From: Ktedonobacterales bacterium
GTDB taxonomy: Bacteria; Chloroflexota; Ktedonobacteria; Ktedonobacterales; JADMIN01
DNA: 32,000 bases
Direction: 5' to 3'
Assembly: GCA_030167145.1 (NCBI GenBank)
Contig: CP126532.1
Coordinates: forward strand, 4,650,001 to 4,682,000
Under the pieces are notes generated by a model. The model was not told where the DNA came from. It searched no databases and was given only the letters and a program-made list of their open reading frames with translations. A program made the position numbers and the translations under genes. Shown in pieces: positions 22,762 to 32,000 of this stretch. Within the stretch, counting starts at the first letter, position 1, and every line of letters begins with the position of its first letter.

Positions 22762-23471
22762 CTGGGCTGGGCGGCAAGGAGATAGCCGATGCCGACTTTG
22801 GTAAGGATATAGTGCGGGTGAGCAGGGTCGGCTTCGAGCTTCCCACGCAAGCGATTGACGTTGACCTGCAAGAGATGGCTCTCGCCAATGTAGCCCTCGC
22901 CCCAGACATGCTCCAACAGGAGATCTTGTGTGAGCACGCGGCCCGCGTTCTGCGCGAGATAGGCGAGGAGGCGATACTCGACGGGAGTGAGTGTGATCTC
23001 GCGGCCCGCCAGGGTGACAAGATGCTGCGCGTAGTCTATGGTGAGATCGCCAATACTCGTGATGGCTTGCGCGCCACGCCCATTCTCATCGTGACTGATC
23101 TGCGCGCGGCGGAGGACGGCGCGCACACGCGCCAACAGTTCGTCCACACTGAATGGCTTGGTAAGATAGTCGTCGGCACCGAGATCCAGGCCGCGCACTT
23201 TGTCTTGATCCTGTCCACGCGCAGTGACGATGATGATCGGCACGGCGGAAAACTCACGCACACGCTGACATACCGCGAAGCCATCCATGCGCGGCATCAT
23301 GACATCGAGGAGGACGAGGTCAGGCGCGGAGGCTTCGATGCGCTCAAGCGCTTGCTGGCCGTCGGTGGTGGCAATGACTTCATAGCCGTCGAGTTGCAGA
23401 TTGCGTGTGACGAGGCGCAGGAGCTGCGGATCGTCGTCGGCGGCCAGAATAGTGGTTTTTTTTGCCGGCAT
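22758..23471 (-). CDS. OmpR/PhoB-family response regulator
   Basis: Receiver domain: ILAADDD, DLVLLDVMMPRMDG and ADDYLTKPF. Winged-helix output domain: LTPVEYRLLAYLAQNAGRVLT...VNVNRLRGKLE. Confidence 0.9.
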   Translation of the reverse strand: MPAKKTTILAADDDPQLLRLVTRNLQLDGYEVIATTDGQQALERIEASAPDLVLLDVMMPRMDGFAVCQRVREFSAVPIIIVTARGQDQDKVRGLDLGADDYLTKPFSVDELLARVRAVLRRAQISHDENGRGAQAITSIGDLTIDYAQHLVTLAGREITLTPVEYRLLAYLAQNAGRVLTQDLLLEHVWGEGYIGESHLLQVNVNRLRGKLEADPAHPHYILTKVGIGYLLAAQPS

Positions 23472-23495
23472 GGTTCGATATTCCTCTCTCGTCTT

Positions 23496-24743
23496 TCACG
23501 ATGCGATCTCTTCGGCGCTGCGGGGCAGCAGAATATGGAAGGCGCTGCCCTGGCCTGGTGTACTTTCAGCCCAGAGGCTGCCGTCGTGGAGCGTGACGAT
23601 ACGCTGGCAGACGGCAAGACCCAGGCCGATGCCACCGTCTTCACGGGTAAGCTGTGTATTGATACGGTGAAAGCGCTCGAAGATGTGTTGCAACTGCTCT
23701 GGTGGCATGCCTATGCCGGAGTCGCGCACAATGATCTCGATGCTTGGCTGTGCTGAGCCTGATGCGCTGGAACGTATTTCGACCTGGATGTCACCGCCAT
23801 CTGGTGTGTATTTGACGGCATTCTCGAGGAGTTGGTCAAATACGATGCGCAAGCGGCGCGGGTCAGCCGCGACCAGAGGCGTGAGGGTGGCATCCGCGAC
23901 CTGTACCGAGAAGCGGTAGCGCTCGGCGTCACGTGTGCTGAGCCGCTGGCTTGCGGTGGCGACGGCATCGCGCGCCATCCGCGCGCCATCCACGGGCACG
24001 CGGTCGAGCTTGACCGACTGATTTGCGAGCTGCGACATCTCCAGGAAGAGGTCAATCGTCGCGCCCAGTCGGTCGCTGGCCTCGGCGATAGCCAGCAGAA
24101 ATTCGTGCCGTTCGAGCGGAGCCAGCCGGTCTTCATGGCGCGCGAGCGTCTCGGCATAGCCTTTGATGCTGGTCAGTGGGCTGCGCAGTTCGTGGTTGAT
24201 GGTGGCGAGCAGTTCAGTTTTCAGCCGGTCGGCCTCGCGCAGCGCATTTGCTTGATTTTGCGCCTCGCGGAGATGTTCCTGCTCGGTCACATCTTTGAGC
24301 ATCTCGACTACGCGATCCACCTCGCCGTCTTGATTGAACATGGGATAGGTCCAGCGCTGGTACATACGCGCCTCGGTCGTGCCATCGGCGTTGGTGATGT
24401 CGCGTATTTGCCGGACGAATGCTGGGCTGCGTGTCGCCACAGTCTGCGGCAGGGGGCAGTTCTCGCAGGGATGGTCTTGATGCGCTGCCAGACTGAAACA
24501 CTCATGCGTACCTGTTGGGGGCTGGTCGAGACCGAAGGTCTCTCGATACGCCTTATTCGCGTGGATGAGCCGATAATCAGCGGTGACAACGCAGATGGGA
24601 TCGGAGATTGCCTCGAATACCTGCTCCCAGTCTAGAGGGCTGGACAACGCTAACGAGAACATTGCGGTTGACCCTGGCATGGCTCTCTGTTGGACCGCCC
24701 CCAGGTCTCTCGATACGGTCTTTGCGGATTTTTGGGCACACAT
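23496..24743 (-). CDS. PAS-domain sensor histidine kinase
   Basis: PAS region (ISDPICVVTADYRLIHANKAY). HisKA H-box HELRSPLTSIKGY. HATPase_c N/G boxes (LLENAVKYTP, DSGIGMP, GGIGLGLAV). It lies 24 nt upstream of the regulator gene on the same strand. The start is uncertain. Confidence 0.85.
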   Translation of the reverse strand: MCAQKSAKTVSRDLGAVQQRAMPGSTAMFSLALSSPLDWEQVFEAISDPICVVTADYRLIHANKAYRETFGLDQPPTGTHECFSLAAHQDHPCENCPLPQTVATRSPAFVRQIRDITNADGTTEARMYQRWTYPMFNQDGEVDRVVEMLKDVTEQEHLREAQNQANALREADRLKTELLATINHELRSPLTSIKGYAETLARHEDRLAPLERHEFLLAIAEASDRLGATIDLFLEMSQLANQSVKLDRVPVDGARMARDAVATASQRLSTRDAERYRFSVQVADATLTPLVAADPRRLRIVFDQLLENAVKYTPDGGDIQVEIRSSASGSAQPSIEIIVRDSGIGMPPEQLQHIFERFHRINTQLTREDGGIGLGLAVCQRIVTLHDGSLWAESTPGQGSAFHILLPRSAEEIAS

Positions 24744-24830
24744 GCGGATTTGCTTCTATCTTGGTATGCTTCTACATCAGTGTACCGCGCGACACAGCAG
24801 GTACAACATCAGCAGGATAGCGTTCATTCG

Positions 24831-24899
24831 TCACGAGCGTATCACGCGGCAACCACTGGCATCACAGACATATCACAATTCTCACGGACGCCGTACAAT
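24831..24899 (+). promoter_or_regulatory. TCAC[AG] direct-repeat array abutting a TACAAT -10 element in the kinase/kinase divergent intergenic region
   Basis: TCAC[AG] starts at 24831, 24842, 24862, 24873 and 24882, giving 11-bp pairs 31 bp apart. TACAAT lies at 24894-24899, 7 nt after the last box and 11 nt before the GTG at 24911. Confidence 0.4.
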
Positions 24900-24910
24900 A
24901 CACTGAAGTC

Positions 24911-27661
24911 GTGATCGCTGAACTGGCACAATGGGATGATGACATGCCCACGCAGGATAAGAAGCTACAGCAGCCGCACAACGCCTGGGAAGTGGTATGG
25001 AGGTGGCTCCAGCCGGTTCGCGCCATAGCACGCAATGGCTGGGAAGGCGTCCGGCACCGCGCAAATGGATTCTGGGCGTCGCCGCGTGTGGGCGCCTGGC
25101 GTGGTCAGGTAATGGCATGGCAGACAGACCAGCGTATCGGCGTGCTGGTGATGTTGGTGGGCACGGCGGTGGCGACGCTGGTGATTGTGCTGGCGGGGTG
25201 GCTGGTGGGGTCGTTGCCGAATCCGGGGGTGGTCTATCTGCCGTTGATCGCGATGCTCTCGTACCACTGGGGCTGGCGGCTGGGTGTGGCGGCGGCCATA
25301 CTCCAGCTCGCATGCGTGTATGCGTTCTATCAAAACCATCCCTTCGCGCTGCGCGTGCCGAGTCAGCGCGATGTTGCACAGTTGGTGACCCTGGCTGCCG
25401 TCACCGCGTTTATTCTGATTCTGGTGCAGCTTGCGGCGTCGCGACGCAGCGCGGCGGAGCGCGAGGCAGGGCGTTTCGCCGCACTGAATTCGGTGGGGCA
25501 AGCGTTGACGAGCGAGCTGAATGAGGAACGCCTGCTACACGTCATCGCGCGGACTGCACGCGACCGTATCGGTGCGGATTTCGCCGCGTTCACCCTGCGC
25601 CCAGTGGATGCGTTTGGGCATCCCATTGGCCCATCGGAAGGCAGCCGCTTTCATCTGGCGGCGGTGGTAGGGGTGACGCCGGAGCAAGAGCAGTTGTTCC
25701 GGCGCATTCCGCTGGGTGGCGAGGGGCTGCTCGCTCCGATCTTCCGTTACGGCGTGCCAGTGCGTGTGCCGGACGCGCTGGCGATTCCGCGAGCGCATGT
25801 GCATTCGGCAGGCGATGGCAACGCGGATCTGGCGGAGCCGGGCGAATCGGCGCGAGATCGGGCGCGGCGTGCGGCGCTTGCCTATGCGCATGGCGAGGTA
25901 GATATAGATGACCTGCGGTCGGTGGGTCATCCACGTGGGCATCCGGTGATTCGCAGCTTCCTGGGCGCGCCGCTGCTGGATCGCTCTGGGCAGGTGCGCG
26001 GAGGGCTGTTGCTGGGGCATTCCGCGCCGGATCGCTTCACGCGGGATGATGAGGCGCTGCTGTTGGGGCTGGCGGCGCAGGCGACGGTGGCGCTGGAGAA
26101 TGCGCGGCTGTTTCGTGCGGCGCAGGCGCAGGCGCGCGAGCTTGATACGATCTTCGAGAGCATCAGCGATGGCGTCGCGCTGGTCAACGAGCACGGCCAG
26201 GTGGTGCGTGAGAATCGTGCGGCGCGGGAACTGCGCGACCAGATTGCGAAGTTGCCAGATGGCAATGAACTGCTGTATGCGCTGGTGCAACGTCCGGTCG
26301 CGGGGGCGCTGCGCGGCGATGAAGAGACCGCGACTACGGTGCGTGTGGAGGACGAGGTGGCACCCGACGAGGCGCGCGACTATCTGGTCAGCGCGTCGCA
26401 GGTGCGGTCTCTGGCTGAAGATGACGGACAGGGCGCGGGCGTAGTGCTGGTATGGCACGACGTGACGGAGACACGACGCCTGCTGGCCGAGCGCCAGGCA
26501 CGAGCCGCCGCCGAAGGCCAGCGCGCGCTTTTGCAGATGGTGGTAGACGAATTGCCGAGCGGGGTCTATCTGGTGCGTGGCGCGGATGCACGGCTGGTGC
26601 TGGCGAACCGTGCGGCGAGGGATGTGTGGGGTGCGGAGTGGCTGGAGGGGATGCCAATGGCGACCTTCTTGGAAAGCAGCGGTACGAGCATTGTCGGCGC
26701 GGACGGGAGGTTGGTGCCTGTGGAGGAGTTGGCGACGCTGCGGGCGGTGCGAACTGGTACGCCGGTGCGACACCACCAGGAGATCATCCGTCATCCCGAC
26801 GGCGCCGCGCTGCCGGTTCTGCTGAACGCGGTGGCGCTGCATAGCGCCGTCTTCGATCTGGCGTTGGGTACGGCGGAGGCGGGGGCTGAAAGCAAGGAGG
26901 GTGTGGCAAGCGCGCTGGTCGTGTTGCAGGACGTTTCGGCGCTGAAAGAGGCGGAGCGGCTGAAAGATGAGTTTATCGCGCTGGCGGCGCACGAACTGCG
27001 CAACCCGATGGCGGCGGTGAAGGGCTACGCGGATATGCTGGTGCGCCGCTCTGGTCGCGGGGATGGGGAGGCCGCACTGGCAGATTGGCAGATGGAGGCG
27101 CTGGAGACGATTGACGCGGCGACGTCCCGGCTGGTGGAACTCACCGATGATCTGCTCGATGTGACACGCTTGCAAGCGGGGCGACTGGAACTGCACCTGG
27201 AGACGCATGATCTCGTAGCGCTGGCCAGGCGCGTCGTGAAGCGGCTACGCGTGACTGCCGCGCGACACACGCTGATGGTGGAGACGGACCGCGAGTACGT
27301 GCTTGCGGAGGTGGATGTGAAGCGGATGGAGCAGGTGTTGGGCAACCTCCTGAACAACGCGATCAAGTACAGTCCTGATGGTGGGCGTGTCGAGGTTACG
27401 ATCTGCGCGGACGAGGGGCGTAAGCTCGCAGAGATTCGGGTGCGGGACGAAGGCATCGGCATTCCCGCCAGCCAGCAGGCGCGCATGTTCAGTCGCTTCG
27501 CCCGCGCGGAGAATGCCAGTGCGCTCGGTATCACGGGTTCGGGACTGGGCCTCTATCTCTGCCGCGAGTTGGTGGAGCGCCACAATGGCCGCATCTGGTT
27601 TGAGTCTACGGAGGGCAAGGGCACAACCTTCTTCGTGACGCTGCCACTGGCTGACGGCTAA
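24911..27661 (+). CDS. Multidomain sensor histidine kinase (KdpD-type DUF4118-like membrane module, GAF, two PAS, HisKA, HATPase_c)
   Basis: Hydrophobic N-terminal module (aa ~75-175). GAF-like region (LLHVIARTARDRIGADFAAFTL...LLGLAAQATVALENARL). PAS segments. H-box HELRNPMAAVKGY. LLNNAIKYSP, DEGIGIP and GSGLGLYLC. GTG at 24911; alternative ATG at 24944. Confidence 0.85.
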   Translation: MIAELAQWDDDMPTQDKKLQQPHNAWEVVWRWLQPVRAIARNGWEGVRHRANGFWASPRVGAWRGQVMAWQTDQRIGVLVMLVGTAVATLVIVLAGWLVGSLPNPGVVYLPLIAMLSYHWGWRLGVAAAILQLACVYAFYQNHPFALRVPSQRDVAQLVTLAAVTAFILILVQLAASRRSAAEREAGRFAALNSVGQALTSELNEERLLHVIARTARDRIGADFAAFTLRPVDAFGHPIGPSEGSRFHLAAVVGVTPEQEQLFRRIPLGGEGLLAPIFRYGVPVRVPDALAIPRAHVHSAGDGNADLAEPGESARDRARRAALAYAHGEVDIDDLRSVGHPRGHPVIRSFLGAPLLDRSGQVRGGLLLGHSAPDRFTRDDEALLLGLAAQATVALENARLFRAAQAQARELDTIFESISDGVALVNEHGQVVRENRAARELRDQIAKLPDGNELLYALVQRPVAGALRGDEETATTVRVEDEVAPDEARDYLVSASQVRSLAEDDGQGAGVVLVWHDVTETRRLLAERQARAAAEGQRALLQMVVDELPSGVYLVRGADARLVLANRAARDVWGAEWLEGMPMATFLESSGTSIVGADGRLVPVEELATLRAVRTGTPVRHHQEIIRHPDGAALPVLLNAVALHSAVFDLALGTAEAGAESKEGVASALVVLQDVSALKEAERLKDEFIALAAHELRNPMAAVKGYADMLVRRSGRGDGEAALADWQMEALETIDAATSRLVELTDDLLDVTRLQAGRLELHLETHDLVALARRVVKRLRVTAARHTLMVETDREYVLAEVDVKRMEQVLGNLLNNAIKYSPDGGRVEVTICADEGRKLAEIRVRDEGIGIPASQQARMFSRFARAENASALGITGSGLGLYLCRELVERHNGRIWFESTEGKGTTFFVTLPLADG

Positions 27662-29604
27662 ATCCAGCGCACGAACCACCCAAGAATACGCGCATAGAGA
27701 TCGCGGATGTGCTCGCGCTCGCGGAAACCATGGCGCTCACGCGGATAGACGGCTAGCTCCGTGGGAATAGCGCGCTCGCGCAACGCGCGGAAGAAAGCGT
27801 ATGCCTGGTTCACTGGCACGCAGGGGTCGGCTTCGCCGTGAACGATGAGCGTTGGCGTGTTGACGCGGGCGACATACGTGATGGCGGACTTCTCACGATA
27901 GGCTTGCGGGTTCTCGTTCGGGTCAGCGCCGATGATACGCATGTCCCAATCGGGGATGTTGGATTGCGCGTGGAAGCTGTGGTAGTCGCAGATGCCCGCG
28001 CCCATCACCGCCGCCTTGAAGCGTGTGGTATGGGTGACGGCCCAGGCGGTCATGAAGCCGCCGTAGCTCCAGCCGTAGATGCCAATGCGCTCGCCATCCA
28101 CCAGCCCCTGCGCGACGAGGTGATCTACACCGGCTAGCACATCCTGATAGTCTTTGCCGCCCATGTCGCCGAGCACGGCATCCGCGAAGGCCACGCCGCG
28201 CCCCATGCTGCCGCGTGGATTGGCGCGCAGTACGGCGTAGCCAGCGGCGGCGAAGAGTTGCGTCAGCGTGTCCATCCACATGTCGCGGAAGGCCGAGGTG
28301 GGGCCACCGTGGACGTAGAGGATTAGCGGTGGCGGCGTCCCGCGCGTGGGCGTGAGCGGCGCGGTATAGAGCGCCTCGATCTGCCACCCGTCTGCGCCTG
28401 TATAGCTGATGCGCTGATTGGGCGCGATTTGGAGCGTCTCTTCGGCAATCCGGTTGAAGCGTGTGAGTTGCCGCCAGGTGATGTGCTCATCTGCTCCCGC
28501 GCCCTCGCGCATACCCAGCCATACATCCCACGGACGGCCAGCCTCGGTGTGGACGGCCGCGAAACGGCGCCCATCGGGCGTGGCGGAGAGTTGGGGGCGG
28601 GCCTGGTCACCGATGATGAAGTCCGCGCTCAGTTGGCAGCGGCTGCCATCGTCGGCGTTGAGCGCGCCAATCGTATTGGTGAGGCCGTCCCAGGCGGAGA
28701 AGACCAGTCGCCCGTCTTCGAGCGCGTAGAGCCAGCTTGGGTTGCCCTGAATGCCAGGGGTGAGGTTGCGCGGGTTGCCGCCCTGCGCAGGTATGGCGAA
28801 GATGTCTCCGCCCACCAGGGGTCGGTCGCTCCACTCGCCAGAGACGTAATAGATCGTATGTCCATCACGCGACCAGGCGAGCGCCCCCGCCTGACGACTG
28901 AGTATGCTCACTTGCTGGATAGCCCCACCTGCCGCGGGGACAATGCCGATCTGTCCGCGATACCAGTCGGTCTCGCCGGGGCCAGTGGAATAGAAGACGG
29001 CGAACTGTGTCCCATCAGGCGACCAGGCGTAGCTCCAAATCGTCACATCCGCTGGCGTGACTGGCTCTGCCGTGTCATAGCCAGGGCGGGCAATCCAGAG
29101 GCGCTGGTGACGTAGCGGCTCGTCCACCATTGGCTCGGCTTTGACCTCGTCGCCGTCGAGCGAGAGAAAGGCGACGCGCGTGCCATCTGGCGACCACTCT
29201 GGGTCGGCTGCCCCATTGGGCATGCTACAGACGCGGTGGGCGTCGCCACCCCTGGCGGGCATCGTATAGAGTTGCGGCTTGTCGTTGTAGGGCGCCTTAT
29301 CGCCCTCGTCGCGCTTGGAGACGAACAGCAGAGAGCGTCCGTCTGGCGACCAGCGCGGCTCGTAATCCCCATCGGAGCCGGTAGTCAGCGGGCGTGGCTC
29401 GCCGCCATGTTCGTTGGTGTCCACCAGCCAGATACGCCCGCGCTGCGTGGCGCGACCGGGTATCCATTCCATCAGCGTACATGCTACACGTGCGCCATCG
29501 GGCGAGATACGCGGGTCTACCGGTGTGCGTAGGCTGAAGAGGGTATCGAGCGACACCGGGGTGCGCTGGGGAATCTCGCTGATGCCAGTTGGAGTGTCGC
29601 TCAT
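27658..29604 (-). CDS. S9-family serine peptidase (prolyl oligopeptidase / acylaminoacyl peptidase type) with N-terminal TolB-like propeller
   Basis: Propeller repeats (SPDG, WSPDG x4). Catalytic triad context: GIYGWSYGGFMT (Ser), VHGEADPCVP (Asp) and RERHGF (His). The ATG overlaps the coaX TGA (ATGA at 29601-29604). Confidence 0.9.
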   Translation of the reverse strand: MSDTPTGISEIPQRTPVSLDTLFSLRTPVDPRISPDGARVACTLMEWIPGRATQRGRIWLVDTNEHGGEPRPLTTGSDGDYEPRWSPDGRSLLFVSKRDEGDKAPYNDKPQLYTMPARGGDAHRVCSMPNGAADPEWSPDGTRVAFLSLDGDEVKAEPMVDEPLRHQRLWIARPGYDTAEPVTPADVTIWSYAWSPDGTQFAVFYSTGPGETDWYRGQIGIVPAAGGAIQQVSILSRQAGALAWSRDGHTIYYVSGEWSDRPLVGGDIFAIPAQGGNPRNLTPGIQGNPSWLYALEDGRLVFSAWDGLTNTIGALNADDGSRCQLSADFIIGDQARPQLSATPDGRRFAAVHTEAGRPWDVWLGMREGAGADEHITWRQLTRFNRIAEETLQIAPNQRISYTGADGWQIEALYTAPLTPTRGTPPPLILYVHGGPTSAFRDMWMDTLTQLFAAAGYAVLRANPRGSMGRGVAFADAVLGDMGGKDYQDVLAGVDHLVAQGLVDGERIGIYGWSYGGFMTAWAVTHTTRFKAAVMGAGICDYHSFHAQSNIPDWDMRIIGADPNENPQAYREKSAITYVARVNTPTLIVHGEADPCVPVNQAYAFFRALRERAIPTELAVYPRERHGFREREHIRDLYARILGWFVRWI

Positions 29605-30440
29605 GTGTGCCTCGCTTTGTGCGATTCGTTAGCTGGGCGCAGGCGCTCGTAGGCGATCCGCAGCCCGTTCAGGAGGAGATTAGAGTCAACGGTATCAATG
29701 CATGGAGTAACGCCCGCCATGACCTCAGCCAGTCCGCCATGCGCGATGACATGGGCGCGTTCGCCGCCAGGGATTTCGCGCCGTAGCCGCGTGACAAGTC
29801 CTTCGACGAGTCCAGCGTGCCCGTAGACGATGCCAGATTGCATACTATGGGCGGTGTTCGTGCCGAGCGCAGTCGGCGGTGGGGCAAGTTCGACTTGATA
29901 GAGCCGCGAAGCCGCGCGGGCGAGCGCTTCAGCGGAAATGCCCAGGCCAGGTGCGATGGCTCCGCCAAGGAAGTCGCCTTCGGGCGAGACGCAGTCGAAG
30001 CTGGTGGCGGTGCCGAATTGGATCACGATGGCTGGCCCGCCATAGAACGTATGCGCGGCGAGGGTGCTGAGGATGCGATCCGCACCGGTCTCCCAGGGGT
30101 TATCCACGCGCAGGCGCACACCGAGATCCAGAGTGTGGGTGATGAGCAGCGGCTCGCGGCCCAGGTAGCGCAGGCCCATATCTTGAAAGACAGGGGTGAG
30201 CGGCGGCACCACGCTGGAGATGATGGATTCGCTGATGTCTTCGAGTGAAACGCCAGCGTGGCGGCAGAGTTCGGCGAGCAGCATGGCATACTCATCGGCA
30301 GTCTTCTCGCGATTGGTGGCGATGCGCCAGCGAGCGCGCAACTCGCGGCTATCAAGTGGATAGAGGCCGAACTTGATGCCGGTGTTGCTGATGTCTACTG
30401 CCAGCAGTAGCCGCTCGCCGGTCTTGCCGATCTGTGGCAT
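29601..30440 (-). CDS. coaX: Type III pantothenate kinase
   Basis: LLAVDISNTGIKFGLY, GADRILS, IVIQFGTATSFD, GGAIAPGLGIS and HSMQSGIVYG. ATG at 30440 follows GGAG 7 nt upstream. The ORF-track N-terminal extension is unsupported. Confidence 0.9.
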   Translation of the reverse strand: MPQIGKTGERLLLAVDISNTGIKFGLYPLDSRELRARWRIATNREKTADEYAMLLAELCRHAGVSLEDISESIISSVVPPLTPVFQDMGLRYLGREPLLITHTLDLGVRLRVDNPWETGADRILSTLAAHTFYGGPAIVIQFGTATSFDCVSPEGDFLGGAIAPGLGISAEALARAASRLYQVELAPPPTALGTNTAHSMQSGIVYGHAGLVEGLVTRLRREIPGGERAHVIAHGGLAEVMAGVTPCIDTVDSNLLLNGLRIAYERLRPANESHKARHT

Positions 30441-30747
30441 TGAGGTGCTCCATCGGGGAGTAGATAGGAAATGGCGGAATGTTGCGACATCGCGCCTTCG
30501 GCTGAGAGTGTATGCCAGATTGTACACATGCCGGGCGCAGGCGGGTCAAGCGAGGGTTGGGAGACACGGGGAGGTCAGTCACGCGGGCTGTGCCAGGGAA
30601 GCAGAGCAAGGCGACGTGGCGGCACGAATGATGCGCTTGCTACGGATAGGGATGCGACTATGCTGGCGGGCATCCTATGGTGACATGCGGCGCATTCTAT
30701 GCTGATACATATGGGCGTGGCATCCCGACGAGCGAGGGGGTAGCCCT

Positions 30748-32000
30748 ATGCATGATGACAAGTATTACGGACCTCCGTCGGGCGGTGGTGTCCAGGCGGA
30801 GACATCGCGGCCCGGCACGCTGACTGTGCCGAGTGTTGCGCCCACGCCTTCGCCACTTGAAGTCGTGCGCGAGCACGACCTGCGCCGTCGCAAACGCTTA
30901 CTGCGGATTCTCGCCCTTGGCGTGATGATTCCGGTGATCTTGCTGATTCCCGCAGCGCTGATTCCGACACTGGATCGGGTGACACTGGTGGCGCTGATTA
31001 TCGCGTTCGTGACGGCGCTCGCGGCGTATGGATTGAACGAATGGAATAAAGTGGACTGGGGCGGCTTCGCGCTGCTGGGCGGTATCTCGCTGGCTATTGC
31101 ATGGGAGATCGTGGCGAAGGCGCAAGCGCAGCATGGTATTGATCTCGCGGATCTGCGATTGTTCGATCTCTTCGCGCTGCCAATTGCGCTCTCCGGTGTG
31201 GTGATTGGGCGGCGCGGTCCCGTCATCATCGGCGCCGCCACGATCACGTTTACCATCGTGGTATTGCTGATATTGCCGCACACGCGCACATTGCAACTCT
31301 ACTGGAATGGTCAGGATCTCGCCGCGTCGCTTGGTTCATCCTATGACGTGTTCGCGATTGCGGTGGTGATTCAAGGGCTGGTGGCGGTGGCATCGTGGCT
31401 GGGCGCTGATAGCGTGCGCCGGGCACAGCTCGACGCCTCACGCGCGGATGAACTGGTGGCGGCGAACGCGCAGATTCAGGCGCAGGCGCGGGCGAGCGAG
31501 GCGCAACGATATCGCCTGGAGCAGGGCATCGCGCATATCCAGCAGGTGCATGCGGCGGTGGCGCGCGGCCAGTGGGATACGCGGGCGCATGTGAACGAGG
31601 GCGAACTGATTCCGGTGGCGATGAGCCTGAATCTGCTGCTGGACCGCCTCAGCCGGATGACCCGCGAGGCGGAACAACAGGGGCGTATCGAGAGAGCCGC
31701 GCATGAACTGGCGATGGCGCTGCGGCGGCTGCGCGCGGGCGAGCCGTATACGCCGCCAAACTATACGGGGACAGCATTCGACGAGGTGCTGGTAGAGTTA
31801 TCGCGCCTGCGCGACGCAGGGCCACCATCTAGTGCCGCCACACCATCACAACCGCCTCCGTCGTTCCCATCATATTCGTCGCACCCGTCTTCTCCGACGC
31901 CCGTTTTGCAGCCCTCTGGCTCCGCCGTGCCATCCTCCACACCACCATACGGCGCCGAACGATACGCATCATCCGCATGGGTGGGATTCAATGGTGGGCC
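30748..32000 (+). CDS. Partial (3'-open) polytopic membrane protein with coiled-coil/HAMP-like segment and Pro/Ser-rich tail
   Basis: Absent from the ORF track because it has no stop in the window. ATG at 30748 follows GAGGGGG 7 nt upstream. My translation runs MHDDKYYGPPSGGG...LLRILALGVMIPVILLIPAAL..., with about 6 hydrophobic helices. It then reads ...NEGELIPVAMSLNLLLDRLSRMTRE (HAMP-like) and ends in a PS-rich stretch. The frame stays open to 32000. Confidence 0.6.
   Translation, partial: MHDDKYYGPPSGGGVQAETSRPGTLTVPSVAPTPSPLEVVREHDLRRRKRLLRILALGVMIPVILLIPAALIPTLDRVTLVALIIAFVTALAAYGLNEWNKVDWGGFALLGGISLAIAWEIVAKAQAQHGIDLADLRLFDLFALPIALSGVVIGRRGPVIIGAATITFTIVVLLILPHTRTLQLYWNGQDLAASLGSSYDVFAIAVVIQGLVAVASWLGADSVRRAQLDASRADELVAANAQIQAQARASEAQRYRLEQGIAHIQQVHAAVARGQWDTRAHVNEGELIPVAMSLNLLLDRLSRMTREAEQQGRIERAAHELAMALRRLRAGEPYTPPNYTGTAFDEVLVELSRLRDAGPPSSAATPSQPPPSFPSYSSHPSSPTPVLQPSGSAVPSSTPPYGAERYASSAWVGFNGG

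Noticed and set aside
22716-23756. 346-aa plus-strand ORF across the response regulator and kinase 3' end
   Set aside because: It is antisense to two genes with unambiguous receiver, winged-helix and HATPase motifs, and has no motifs of its own. The same reasoning rejects 19531-20787(-), 7226-8302(+), 8405-9550(+), 6160-7110(+), 59-868(+), 10035-10745(+), 11185-11982(+) and 16876-17655(+).
25535-27208. 557-aa minus-strand ORF antisense to the large histidine kinase
   Set aside because: Its translation is an Arg/His/Gln/Pro-rich string with no recognisable motifs. The plus-strand frame carries clear GAF, PAS, HisKA and HATPase motifs. This is a typical GC-rich shadow ORF.

Overview
GC-rich (about 65%) bacterial chromosomal window, mostly minus-strand genes with AGGAGG-type Shine-Dalgarno sites and frequent 4-nt start/stop overlaps. 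The hairpin-repeat style suggests Chloroflexota, but that is an unverified guess. I saw no rRNA, tRNA, CRISPR array, transposase or integrase. Ordinary content: a BNR-repeat lipoprotein, a translationally coupled CapA-family/M20 peptidase pair, a threonine cluster (ask-thrB-thrC with convergent asd, no hom), a PQQ-type beta-propeller protein, an AcuI/YhdH reductase, an ECF sigma/anti-sigma pair, two universal-stress-protein genes, an OmpR-type regulator with a PAS histidine kinase, a large GAF/PAS kinase, an S9 peptidase and coaX. An open-ended membrane-protein ORF at the right edge is missing from the ORF track. Four things stand out. (1) A 1013-aa fusion joins a ClpA/ClpC-like double AAA+ ATPase to a full-length RF2-like release-factor module whose SPF and GGQ motifs are both lost. 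(2) A 1.9-kb repeat-dense islet (4148-6044) lies between housekeeping genes. It carries an orphan TIR-domain gene whose 3' end runs into an (AGGATGAG)x7 octanucleotide repeat, plus 9-bp-periodic GCCGA arrays and a 44-bp hairpin unit triplicated in tandem. (3) The same architecture of paired TCAC[AG] direct repeats (11-bp and 31-bp spacing) occurs in both divergent promoter regions flanking the stress/two-component cluster. (4) A terminator/antiterminator-like leader precedes aspartate kinase.
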